From a virus (lineage: Duplodnaviria > Caudoviricetes), in IMG/VR virus record IMGVR_UViG_3300044652_000032, positions 1 through 64,000 of that record: a stretch of DNA of 64,000 nt; one strand, given 5' to 3'. Positions 1 through 8,060 of this stretch are shown here, one piece after another (the stretch's first letter is position 1; each line of letters begins with the position of its first letter). The notes beneath the pieces are model-generated. The model did not search any database, was not told the origin of the DNA, and saw only the letters and a list, made by a program, of their open reading frames with translations. Position numbers and translations under genes: made by a program.

Positions 1-783
1 GACGACCGCACGCTCGCGCGTTGGGCGCGTATGACGGACGAGCGTTGGGCGGAGTGTCGTGCGCGGGTGTTGGCTCCATTCACACCGGGCGCAGGCTCTA
101 GGTTGTACCAGAAGCGGATGCGTCACGAATACGAGCGCTTGAAGGCGTTACGAAAAAGTCGGCAGGAAGTTGCAAAAAATGCCGCCGATAAACGCTGGCA
201 CAGCAATAAGTTAGGTGCTTCAAGCATACCTGAAGCATCCGTCGAGCATAACTCCAGCAATGCGTCGGCATTGCTGGATGATGCCTTTCATGCTTCTATT
301 TCACCTTCAGAAGTAGAACTACACTCCTCGACTACGTCTCGGAGTGTAGTGGCGGGTGCGTCGGATGCCGCACCGCCCGGCCCTCCGCATCTTTGGCAGC
401 TAACTGCCGAGGTCGAGAGGAAGAAGGCACAACCCTCGACGGAGAAGAAGTCTTACCTCGACGAGCCGCGCGGGCACCCTAATTGGGACGAGGTGTTGGG
501 ATATTTGAAGAAGTTGGCCGCCACGGTGGCCTACAACCACATTGACCCCGCCGTGGAGTTGGCGAAGATTCAGGCATGGCACGACGACCGTCGTAACAGC
601 CAGCGCAACATCACGCGGAAGTTTCTACGAAGTTGGGCTGACCGAATCGAGCGTCCGCTAATAGCAGGCAACAACGGCAACGGGAACGGTAAGTCGGCGT
701 CGCAGTACAACTACGAGTGCAAGGTGATGACGCCGGACGGAAAGGAGAGTAGTTATGCAGAACACGAGAGAACGCAAACCTGA
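1..783 (+). CDS. Phage replication initiator, YdaU/DUF1376-like (5' truncated by window edge)
   Basis: Frame is open from base 1 (DDRTLARWARMTDERW...LYQKRM...NAADKRW), contains internal iterons and overlaps a DnaC-like gene, as in lambda O/P-type modules. Confidence 0.65.
   Translation, partial: DDRTLARWARMTDERWAECRARVLAPFTPGAGSRLYQKRMRHEYERLKALRKSRQEVAKNAADKRWHSNKLGASSIPEASVEHNSSNASALLDDAFHASISPSEVELHSSTTSRSVVAGASDAAPPGPPHLWQLTAEVERKKAQPSTEKKSYLDEPRGHPNWDEVLGYLKKLAATVAYNHIDPAVELAKIQAWHDDRRNSQRNITRKFLRSWADRIERPLIAGNNGNGNGKSASQYNYECKVMTPDGKESSYAEHERTQT
216..295. repeat. Putative replication origin iterons
   Basis: AGCA at 223, 234, 245, 256 (exact 11-bp period) plus perfect inverted repeat TCCAGCAATGC 253-263 / GCATTGCTGGA 268-278 inside the initiator gene. 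Confidence 0.6.
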
Positions 784-1435
784 GTGCCCGGAGTGTGAGG
801 ACAGGCTCTACGTCCCCATAGAGCGCGACGGACGTCGCGGCCACGTGCACTGTGCGTGCTGGGCGGGACGGGCGGTACGTTCGCGGCTGGCCGTAGTGCC
901 CGCACGCTTCGCCGGGGTGACGCTGGAGACGGTGCGGCCGCGCCCCTCGCAGCGCACCTACCTCGAGGAGATGCGTCGCGTGCCGACCGCCAACTACGCG
1001 CTGACGGGGCCGCCGGCCACAGGAAAGTCGCACCTGATGTGGGCGCTGTACGCCACGGTGGCGCAGGACGTCGGTCGGCGCGTTGTGGCCTGCTCGCTGC
1101 TGTCGCTGGTTGACCAGTACCGCTCGGCCTACGGCGCGCGCACGGAGGGCGAGGTAGTGACGGCAGCCGTGCACCCGTCGGACTTGGAGCAGAACGCGCA
1201 GCCCTACAGCCTGTTCTTGGACGACGTGGACAAACCGCGGATGACCGACTACGTCATCGAGCGTGTGCACGCCCTCTTCGACGCCGCCTACAACTACGGC
1301 CATCAGGTGGTGGTGACGAGCAACCTGCACCCCGCGGCGCTGACCGACCTGTACACCCGCCACCACGGTCACTACGGGGCGGCGACCATGCGGCGTGTGC
1401 TGCACGAGGGATGCACGGTCTTCAAGTTCGAGTGA
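755..1435 (+). CDS. DnaC/IstB-like ATPase (helicase loader)
   Basis: N-terminal CPEC...HCAC zinc motif, Walker A GPPATGKS, Walker B LFLDDVD, VTSN motif. Confidence 0.85.
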   Translation: MQNTRERKPECPECEDRLYVPIERDGRRGHVHCACWAGRAVRSRLAVVPARFAGVTLETVRPRPSQRTYLEEMRRVPTANYALTGPPATGKSHLMWALYATVAQDVGRRVVACSLLSLVDQYRSAYGARTEGEVVTAAVHPSDLEQNAQPYSLFLDDVDKPRMTDYVIERVHALFDAAYNYGHQVVVTSNLHPAALTDLYTRHHGHYGAATMRRVLHEGCTVFKFE

Positions 1436-1442
1436 GGGAAGC

Positions 1443-1637
1443 ATGAGCCGGAAGAAGAAGGAGACCAAGGTGCCCAAGGGCGACCGCGACGCCATAATCA
1501 AGCGTCTGCGGGAGTGCAGCGGGTGGGAGCGCGACCCCGAATCCGCACACGCCGACGCCGACCAAGCCCTGCTCGACTACATCGGCGACGAGGAGGTCAG
1601 CGCGGAGTACGGCAAGGTCGAGAAGTGGTACTCGTGA
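1443..1637 (+). CDS. Hypothetical protein
   Basis: GAGGG SD, MSRKKKETK...AHADADQALL..KWYS. Confidence 0.6.
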   Translation: MSRKKKETKVPKGDRDAIIKRLRECSGWERDPESAHADADQALLDYIGDEEVSAEYGKVEKWYS

Positions 1638-1648
1638 GGAGGAAGACG

Positions 1649-2080
1649 ATGCAACCCAAGACGCCCGTTATACACGGGAGCACGGTGAAGGAAGTGATTT
1701 ACGCTAAAGACCAGCAGGATATCTACCAGCCATTGCCCGCCATCCGCACCCCGGACGGGGCTATCCTGACGCGATGGGAGCCGACGCTCGAGGAGCGCCG
1801 CGCCATAGCCGAGGGCGGGAGCATCTACCTCGCCGTCTGGACGTTCAACAACCCACTCCAGCCCGTGCTGCTCTCCACCGCCGTGCCCGAACAGTTCGCC
1901 TTCGCCGTGCCGCCCAAGCAGCAGGCAGTGGAACGTCCGAAGCCGAAGCGACCGCACATCAACGGCATCGCGAGCCAGACGGAGAACAGTCTGACGATAG
2001 GCTGCGTGGTCTGCCATCAGCCGATGTCCGGGCCGGACTTTCCGTACGAGGAGTGCCCCGGCGAGCAGGAGAGCGTATGA
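1649..2080 (+). CDS. Hypothetical protein
   Basis: GAGGAGG SD, ATG at 1649, ATGA overlap with next gene. Confidence 0.6.
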   Translation: MQPKTPVIHGSTVKEVIYAKDQQDIYQPLPAIRTPDGAILTRWEPTLEERRAIAEGGSIYLAVWTFNNPLQPVLLSTAVPEQFAFAVPPKQQAVERPKPKRPHINGIASQTENSLTIGCVVCHQPMSGPDFPYEECPGEQESV

Positions 2081-2607
2081 GTGACGGATGGATAGGCGTA
2101 GACTTGGACGGCTGTCTGGCCGAGTACCACGGCTGGAACAACGGGCTGATAGGCGCGCCCGTGCCCGCCATGCTGGAGCGAGTGCGCCACTGGCTGGCCG
2201 AGGGCAGGGACGTCCGCATTTTCACCGCCCGCGTGGGCTGTCAGCGCGACTATAGCACCGACAGCGAGCGTGACGCCAACGAACTAGCTGACTCACTCTT
2301 CGCCGCCGAGCAGCGCGCGCAGATAGAAGCATGGTGCCTGCGCTACGTAGGCCGGAAGTTGCCCGTCACGTGCCAGAAGGACTTCCGGATGGTCGAATTG
2401 TGGGACGACCGCTGCGTGCGCGTGCGCCCCAACGTGGGGCTGCCGTGCTGCGACCTCGGCGACGGCAACTTCTACGCCCTGCTCGGAGACAAGGCGCTGG
2501 CCGTCGTCAACCACTACTTTTACAACGGCACGCACAACGAGGAGTCGGCGCGGCTGATGGCCGAGTTGGCGCACGTGCTGTGGACGGGGAAGGAGCGAGC
2601 CAAGTGA
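2077..2607 (+). CDS. HAD-superfamily phosphatase (PNKP-phosphatase-like)
   Basis: WIGVDLDGCLA (DxDG), IFTAR, LWDDR motifs. Confidence 0.8.
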   Translation: MSDGWIGVDLDGCLAEYHGWNNGLIGAPVPAMLERVRHWLAEGRDVRIFTARVGCQRDYSTDSERDANELADSLFAAEQRAQIEAWCLRYVGRKLPVTCQKDFRMVELWDDRCVRVRPNVGLPCCDLGDGNFYALLGDKALAVVNHYFYNGTHNEESARLMAELAHVLWTGKERAK

Positions 2608-2969
2608 GCAGCGACACGGTTTGGGAGACGTTCGACGGCCTTTTCAAGGCGCTGCACCGTCAGGGCCGCGCCGTGGATGCGTTGACCGAGCGCGTGGCCG
2701 CGCTGGAGGAAAAGAATCGCACGCTGGAGGGGCAGCTGGATGCGCTGCGCACCTACGTGGCCGGGCCGTCCGACGCCGTGGTGCGCGCCGACCCGCCGGA
2801 GCGCGGCTACGAGGTCGTGAAGCAGGGCGAGCGCGTGAGCTTCCTTTATTGCGAACAGCCTTACAATGCCGAGGAGCTGGACGCCATAACAGCCAGCGTG
2901 CGCCAGCAGATGGACGACGAGACCGTGGAGTTGCAGTGGCGGGAGCCGGAGGAGGAGGTGATGGTATGA
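2604..2969 (+). CDS. Hypothetical coiled-coil protein
   Basis: GTGA overlap, heptad pattern. Confidence 0.55.
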   Translation: MSSDTVWETFDGLFKALHRQGRAVDALTERVAALEEKNRTLEGQLDALRTYVAGPSDAVVRADPPERGYEVVKQGERVSFLYCEQPYNAEELDAITASVRQQMDDETVELQWREPEEEVMV

Positions 2970-3346
2970 AGGGAATCGTAAAGGAGAGGAAGCGCGTCCT
3001 CCGCGCTTTTATGCGCACGAATTATAGTGACGAACGACTGGCGTGGCTGCTAGCGCACGCCCGATCCGGACGCCTCGCCTTTGTGTCATGCTGTTGCTTT
3101 ATCGGCATTGCTACAGCCGATCACGCGTTGAAGGGCGAGACCGGTCACCTCTACTACTTGGAGAGGCACTATCGCGACGCCAAATGGCTGCCCGGAGCTA
3201 CTGTTGCCGAGAGCGCCTATGCCCTTTTAGCCGAGGATGACGCACAGCGCATCCGCAGACTTATACCGATGATTAAAGCCGAGATGCGTCGGCGCGATCG
3301 GCTTGCCGCCACCGCTCGTGTGCAAGAGGAGGTGTGCGTTGGCTAA
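2966..3346 (+). CDS. Hypothetical protein
   Basis: ATGA overlap, GGAGG SD. Confidence 0.55.
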   Translation: MKGIVKERKRVLRAFMRTNYSDERLAWLLAHARSGRLAFVSCCCFIGIATADHALKGETGHLYYLERHYRDAKWLPGATVAESAYALLAEDDAQRIRRLIPMIKAEMRRRDRLAATARVQEEVCVG

Positions 3347-3617
3347 GCAGACGTGGTTTATCACGGTACAGTGGATCGAGCTGCCGTCGGCGATCATCAC
3401 GTCCAACGGGCAGGGGCAGCAGATTCAAGTCAAGCGCCGCTGTAGCATCATAGACGAGCACCCTGCCTTGCACTTCGCGCGCCAGTACCCGTTGAACCAG
3501 TCGTACCTGATACTGTTCGCCTGCCGTATTGACGACGCCACGGTAGGCGAGTTGCACGCGCTTGGCGTCACGTGGGACAAGCCCGACGAGATGGGGCTAC
3601 GAGCGGAAGGAGACTGA
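3339..3617 (+). CDS. Hypothetical protein
   Basis: GGAGG SD before TTG start. Confidence 0.45.
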   Translation: MAKQTWFITVQWIELPSAIITSNGQGQQIQVKRRCSIIDEHPALHFARQYPLNQSYLILFACRIDDATVGELHALGVTWDKPDEMGLRAEGD

Positions 3618-3620
3618 GAG

Positions 3621-4043
3621 ATGAGCGAATCAGCATTGAACCTCGAGTTCGGCACGGCGAAGTCGTCCGACCTCGTAAAGACCGTGGAAATCCAGAAGAA
3701 CGCGCCGGGCTACGCGCACAGCCATCGGGCGGGGAAGTTCCACTTTACGCCCTTGAAGGCCGGAGATACCCTCGTGGATAACTTCAAGCTATCCGCCGAG
3801 CGGATACAAAGTGCGGCTGAGCACCCCGTCTTCAGCCTCAACGGGCTGCGCGAGGGCGCGGACTTGGACGCCGTTTGCCCCGCCGGGGTCATGTTCAACG
3901 CCGAGGAGGGCGGGCACGAGCGCGCGGCCTCCGTGGCGCTGGTGGTGGTGCTGCGCGAGGGCTACGCCGTCGAGGAGCTGCCACGCCAGAGCGCCATGGG
4001 CCGCACCTTCCGGATCGTCCCCGCGCCGCAGCCGGAGAAGTAG
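3621..4043 (+). CDS. Hypothetical protein
   Basis: AAGGA SD, operon spacing. Confidence 0.55.
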   Translation: MSESALNLEFGTAKSSDLVKTVEIQKNAPGYAHSHRAGKFHFTPLKAGDTLVDNFKLSAERIQSAAEHPVFSLNGLREGADLDAVCPAGVMFNAEEGGHERAASVALVVVLREGYAVEELPRQSAMGRTFRIVPAPQPEK

Positions 4044-4045
4044 CC

Positions 4046-4273
4046 ATGAGTACCGGCATAGAATTACTGCGCGGAACGGTCAAGTGGTGGAGGGACGACA
4101 AAGGCTACGGCTTCATCACGCAGGAGGACGGCACCGAGATATTCGTGCACTACACGGGCATAGTCGGCCAGCCGGGCTACCGCACGCTCAGCACGGGCGA
4201 CCGTGTAGAGTACTTCGTGGGCGAGAACGAGAAAGGCCCGTGCGCCGAGGGCGTCATGGTGGTGAGGAGGTAG
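4046..4273 (+). CDS. cspA: Cold-shock domain protein
   Basis: GTVKWW..DKGYGFI (RNP1), IFVHY (RNP2), KGPCAEGV. Confidence 0.92.
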   Translation: MSTGIELLRGTVKWWRDDKGYGFITQEDGTEIFVHYTGIVGQPGYRTLSTGDRVEYFVGENEKGPCAEGVMVVRR

Positions 4274-4456
4274 ATGCATGAGGCGCGGGGTACTGTGGGT
4301 GGGTGCGGTTTTTCTGGGAAGCATCGGTGCGTGTGCCGTGCTATCACACGAAGAGAGTATGCCGCCACTGACGCCTGAGCGTGCAGTCGGCACGGTCTTC
4401 CTCGGGTTGGCGCTCGTCCTGATGACGTTGTGCTTGGCGCAGAAGGGGCCGAAGTG

Positions 4457-4633
4457 ATGCGCGTAGTCCCGCTGTGGATAGTCGCCATCGGGTTGGGCGT
4501 AATGGCCGTGCTGGTGGTCGCATCCCCGCGACATTATCCCGCCTTAGACGCCGCCGACGTGTGCAGCGCCGTGTTCGCTACAGGCGCTTTCGTTCTAATA
4601 GCAATAGCAGTAAGCCAGAAGGAGAACAAGTGA
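4457..4633 (+). CDS. Small membrane protein
   Basis: Two hydrophobic stretches, TGATG coupling on both sides. Confidence 0.5.
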   Translation: MRVVPLWIVAIGLGVMAVLVVASPRHYPALDAADVCSAVFATGAFVLIAIAVSQKENK

Positions 4634-4941
4634 TGACGAAAAAGATTTACGCACCCTTGAAGGACACGGTTTACCTCAAGGAGATCAAGCGCACGGAGCA
4701 GCAGACGGACGCCGGACTGGTGCTGGATGAGCGCAGCAGGACGCTGGACGACCCCCAGTACGAGGTCGTGGCCGTGGGGCCGGGCCGCCGGACGGAGGAC
4801 GGACGCGGCAACGTCCCCGTGGACTTGGAGAGGGGCCAGCGCGTGGTGCTGCTGCGGATGGCCATCCCCAACCGGATGGATGTGGACGGCGAGGCGATCA
4901 CAATCGTCAAGGAGACGGATATAGCGTGCGTCGTCGGCTGA
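4633..4941 (+). CDS. GroES/Cpn10-like co-chaperonin
   Basis: PLKDTVYL, mobile loop QTDAGLVL, EVVAVGPGR, IVKETDIACVV. Confidence 0.85.
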   Translation: MTKKIYAPLKDTVYLKEIKRTEQQTDAGLVLDERSRTLDDPQYEVVAVGPGRRTEDGRGNVPVDLERGQRVVLLRMAIPNRMDVDGEAITIVKETDIACVVG

Positions 4942-4955
4942 GGCGAAAAAAGGAC

Positions 4956-4984
4956 TTTACAAAAAAGAAAATTTTTGTTATCGT
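4956..4984 (+). promoter_or_regulatory. Sigma70-type promoter of the Y-RNA/HNH/Ro60 operon
   Basis: TTTACA (4956-61), 17 nt, TATCGT (4979-84) with extended TG; AT-rich island. Confidence 0.7.
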
Positions 4985-5001
4985 GTTTTTCGCCTTCAAA
5001 C

Positions 5002-5012
5002 AGTTCTTTGAC
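5002..5012 (+). promoter_or_regulatory. boxA-like antitermination site
   Basis: AGTTCTTTGAC immediately before the RNA cluster resembles rrn boxA. Confidence 0.4.
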
Positions 5013-5138
5013 TTTCGAGGCCATGGACGGAGCGTACATGCGATAGCTCATTTGGCAGAGCATCAGCCTATCAAGCTGAGGGTAATCGGTTCAAATCCGA
5101 TTCGCGACCAAAATGGCTCGGTCAACTCGCCTCGGAAA
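5013..5138 (+). ncRNA. Y-RNA-like RNA 1 with non-permuted tRNA D/anticodon/T arms
   Basis: Terminal stem CGAGGC 5016-21/GCCTCG 5129-34; D arm GCTC-ATTTGGCA-GAGC; anticodon arm TCAGC-CTATCAA-GCTGA; T arm ATCGG-TTCAAAT-CCGAT; acceptor stem only 4-5 bp. Confidence 0.7.
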
Positions 5139-5144
5139 CCTTGT

Positions 5145-5248
5145 GACGGTGTTGCCAAGCAACGGGCATACATGCGCTGACCTTCTAAGTCAAGAAGCAA
5201 CCCGGACTCAGTTCCGGGAGCTACGCCCGTCGGACTCGCGACCCCGTC
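5145..5248 (+). ncRNA. Y-RNA-like RNA 2 with an Arg(UCU)-like anticodon stem-loop
   Basis: Stem GACGGtGTTGC/GCGACcCCGTC; ACGGGC/GCCCGT; TGAC-CTTCTAA-GTCA; CCCGGA/TCCGGG hairpin; shares scaffold motifs with RNAs 1 and 3. Confidence 0.6.
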
Positions 5249-5262
5249 CCTACGTTCAAGAT

Positions 5263-5402
5263 AGGGACGCCAGCAGACAGCATACACGCTCGAAACCTTC
5301 GGGTTTCATTCTTGGTTCGACTCCAAGGTCCCGCTCCATACTTATGCGGGACTAGCCAAACGGTAAAGGCAAGCAACAGTAGCCGACTGCGCTCGCGTCC
5401 CT
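5263..5402 (+). ncRNA. YrlA-type Y RNA (circularly permuted tRNA mimic)
   Basis: Terminal stem AGGGACGC/GCGTCCCT; order variable arm, T arm CTTGG-TTCGACT-CCAAG, closed acceptor stem GTCCCGC-TCCATACTTAT-GCGGGAC, D arm TAGCC-AAACGGTAAA-GGC; close to a Ro60-like gene. Confidence 0.85.
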
Positions 5403-5426
5403 TTTACGTTTCCACTGCTCCCCGCA

Positions 5427-5981
5427 ATGGCACAGAAAACTAAACAGCGATTCTACCTAGCGCGGTACCGCCGCGCGCCGGACGTTGTCCCGGCGCTGAG
5501 CGACGTCGGCGACAGGCTGACAATAGCCGGATTGGTCTTCCAAGGCATGGGCGAGACCCTCGTGCTCCTGTTGCCGGGCTGCGACCCCGCCGTGGCTCCG
5601 ACCTACGCGCAGCCCGACGCGGAAGAGTGGTCGGAGATCATAAGGCAGACGGACAACGCCGAGTGCTGGGTGCTCGACCCCGACCACGGCAAGGTGCTAC
5701 ACCGCAAGGCACGGTACGCCCTCAGCGGTGAGGTGCAGCAGCGGGTTTGGGCGCGCGACGGCTTCTACTGTCGGTACTGCCACGCCGCCATGGGTCAGGT
5801 GCTGATGACGGTTGACCACTTCGTTCCCTTGGAGAAAGGCGGTGCGAACGATGACAGCAACTACATCACGGCTTGCCGCCGTTGCAATAAGCTGAAGGGT
5901 AGCCGCGACCCCGAGGAGTTCTGCCGCACCGAGGGCTACAACTACGATAATCTTGTAGCTTACCTCGCTCTCTTCAAGTAA
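5427..5981 (+). CDS. HNH endonuclease with ~100-aa N-terminal extension
   Basis: RDGFYCRYC...TVDHFVP..KGG....NYITACRRCNKLKG. Confidence 0.9.
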   Translation: MAQKTKQRFYLARYRRAPDVVPALSDVGDRLTIAGLVFQGMGETLVLLLPGCDPAVAPTYAQPDAEEWSEIIRQTDNAECWVLDPDHGKVLHRKARYALSGEVQQRVWARDGFYCRYCHAAMGQVLMTVDHFVPLEKGGANDDSNYITACRRCNKLKGSRDPEEFCRTEGYNYDNLVAYLALFK

Positions 5982-5993
5982 GGAGGCCGACTG

Positions 5994-7502
5994 ATGGCGG
6001 AAGTTACCGCATACACACGTAACAAGTTGGTGGCGTCGCTGCTGCAGATAAAGCACGGCGACCTCTCCTTGTACGAGCCGGAGGGGCTGGCTGCGGCCAA
6101 GGCGGACGCCGACCTCTTGGGTCACTTCATAGCGTGGAACGCCCTGCGGGGTAAGGTGCGCGACGCGCGCGTCGCCTTGCCCGTCATAGCTCTCCGGGGC
6201 ACGCAGCGCGAAGACCGCGATCTGGCCGAGAACGCCGTGGCGCATCTGCTGAAGCTGGATCCGCGCGAGCTGCTCCGCGCCTACACGTACTCCACGCAGT
6301 TATCGAAGCGCGGGCTGACCATCACGGGAGGCCACCGCCGCCTGCTCGAAGTGGGGCTGCGCCGCTACCTCGAGGTGAGGGAGGACAACGCGCGGTGGTG
6401 GGACAGAACGGTCTTGCAGCACCGCCGACCGATGAAGTTCCTTTACCGCGCGGCGCACAAGCGTCCGAGCGCGCGGGCGCAGCGCATCCTCTTCGACGAG
6501 GACTACCCGCGCACCTCCGTGTTCGCCACGGTCAAGGCGCTCCGCACCATGACGCCGCGCGAGGCTGCCGGGGCAATACTGCAGTACCAGATACCGTGGG
6601 AGGTGGCGGTCGGCTCGGTCGCCAAGGCGAAGGATCGTGAGGTGCTCCTCGCCCTGATCGAGGGGATGACCGGCAACCAGCTCATCACCAACTCGGCCAT
6701 GCTGCAGCGGCTGGGCGTGATGCAGGACGAGGTCTTGAAGGCTGCGTACGAGTCGGCGCTCGCGCGTGCTACGTCCTCTAGCAAGGTCGAAACCCTCAAG
6801 GCCGGACACGCGGCTGAAAAGTTGAAGGGGACGGCTGCAGGGGAAAAGCTGGCGGCCCTGCAGGAGCGCAAGAGCGCGCAGATGGGCACGATAGACGGCG
6901 ACTGGCTGGTGTTGGGCGACTGCTCGGCCTCCATGAGCACGAGCATCGAGGTGGCGCGGCAGGTTGCGGCGTTTATCGCCCAGCGCGTGGCCGGGGCGGT
7001 GTACCTCGTCTTCTTCAACACGCAGCCCACCTTCGTGGACGTGACGGGGCTGACGTACCAGCAGATTCTGGAGAAGACCCGACGCATAACGCCGCAGGGC
7101 GGCACCGCCATCGGCGTCGGGCTGGACTACATACTCAGCCGACGGCTGGTGGTGCAGGGCATAGCCGTCTGCTCGGACGGCGGCGAGAACCAGCACCCGG
7201 CCTTCGCGCCGACGTACCGGCGCTACTGCGAGCAGATGCAGGTGGAGCCGACCGTTTACCACTTCCACGTCCCCGGCGATCAGGACGTTTTGAGCCTGAA
7301 CTGTCGCAACATGGGCGTCCCTCTGGAGCAGTTCCCGATGGGCCGCAACGTGGACTACTACGCGCTGCCCAACCTCGTAGAGACGATGCGCGTCAACCGC
7401 TACGCGCTCTTTGACGAAATTATGAGCGTCGAACTCTTGACAATAGAGAAGGCGCTGGAAAGGAGGCCGAGCCATGAGCGAGTTCAGGCAGTACCGGCGT
7501 AA
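5994..7502 (+). CDS. Ro60/Rsr-like TROVE + vWA protein
   Basis: Helical basic N-terminal two thirds, vWA MIDAS (LVLGDCSASM, GGT, VCSDGGEN), ~500 aa, adjacent Y-RNA-like genes. Confidence 0.8.
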   Translation: MAEVTAYTRNKLVASLLQIKHGDLSLYEPEGLAAAKADADLLGHFIAWNALRGKVRDARVALPVIALRGTQREDRDLAENAVAHLLKLDPRELLRAYTYSTQLSKRGLTITGGHRRLLEVGLRRYLEVREDNARWWDRTVLQHRRPMKFLYRAAHKRPSARAQRILFDEDYPRTSVFATVKALRTMTPREAAGAILQYQIPWEVAVGSVAKAKDREVLLALIEGMTGNQLITNSAMLQRLGVMQDEVLKAAYESALARATSSSKVETLKAGHAAEKLKGTAAGEKLAALQERKSAQMGTIDGDWLVLGDCSASMSTSIEVARQVAAFIAQRVAGAVYLVFFNTQPTFVDVTGLTYQQILEKTRRITPQGGTAIGVGLDYILSRRLVVQGIAVCSDGGENQHPAFAPTYRRYCEQMQVEPTVYHFHVPGDQDVLSLNCRNMGVPLEQFPMGRNVDYYALPNLVETMRVNRYALFDEIMSVELLTIEKALERRPSHERVQAVPA

Positions 7503-7689
7503 GCAGATAGCCGAGTTGCGCCCCTACGTTGCGGGCGAGGACATAAGCAGCGTCAGCGTGTCGTCAACTGACCGCGCGAACGGGTCGCCCAAAGAGGGCG
7601 ACATGATAGCGCGCAACCCCAAGAACCACGCCGACCAGTGGCTGGTGGCGGAGCAGTACTTTCGCGACAACTTCGAACCCGCCGATTGA
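7474..7689 (+). CDS. Small conserved-type phage protein
   Basis: QYRRKQIAELRPY...GDMIARNP...WLVAEQYFRDNFE; AGGAGG SD. Confidence 0.65.
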   Translation: MSEFRQYRRKQIAELRPYVAGEDISSVSVSSTDRANGSPKEGDMIARNPKNHADQWLVAEQYFRDNFEPAD

Positions 7690-7716
7690 GCGCGTTCGAG
7701 AAAGGAGACAAGCAGC

Positions 7717-8034
7717 ATGATCACCATCAACATCCGCAGCGGGCCTGTGAGCGCCCTCTCGACCGAGGAGCTGGTCACGAGCGTCGCCTTTTTCGGACTG
7801 ATGGCCGACCGCATCCACGAGAACGGGCACGAGGTTCCCTCGGACATCCAGAGCCAGTTGCGGGCGTGCGAGGCCGAGCTGACGCAGCGGCTCCGCGCCG
7901 ACAAGGAGAAGCAGCTGGCCGTCGCCAAGGCACGGCTGGAGAGCCTGCTCACGCAGACCGAGAAGCGCAAGAAGACCGAGGCGGAGATCGCCGCGCTCGA
8001 GCAGGAGCTGGGCTACAAGAAGAACACCAAGTAG
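7717..8034 (+). CDS. Hypothetical coiled-coil protein
   Basis: AAGGAG SD; last gene before terminator. Confidence 0.65.
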   Translation: MITINIRSGPVSALSTEELVTSVAFFGLMADRIHENGHEVPSDIQSQLRACEAELTQRLRADKEKQLAVAKARLESLLTQTEKRKKTEAEIAALEQELGYKKNTK

Positions 8035-8060
8035 CCCCGCGCCGTGAGCCGCGACTTTTC

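Noticed and set aside
5037-5110. Functional tRNA-Asp gene
   Set aside because: Acceptor stem is only 4-5 bp, the AUC anticodon is atypical, and it is embedded in a scaffold shared with the neighbouring RNAs
4926-5355. Short ORFs over the RNA cluster
   Set aside because: No SD or recognisable motifs; the region is better explained by RNA structure
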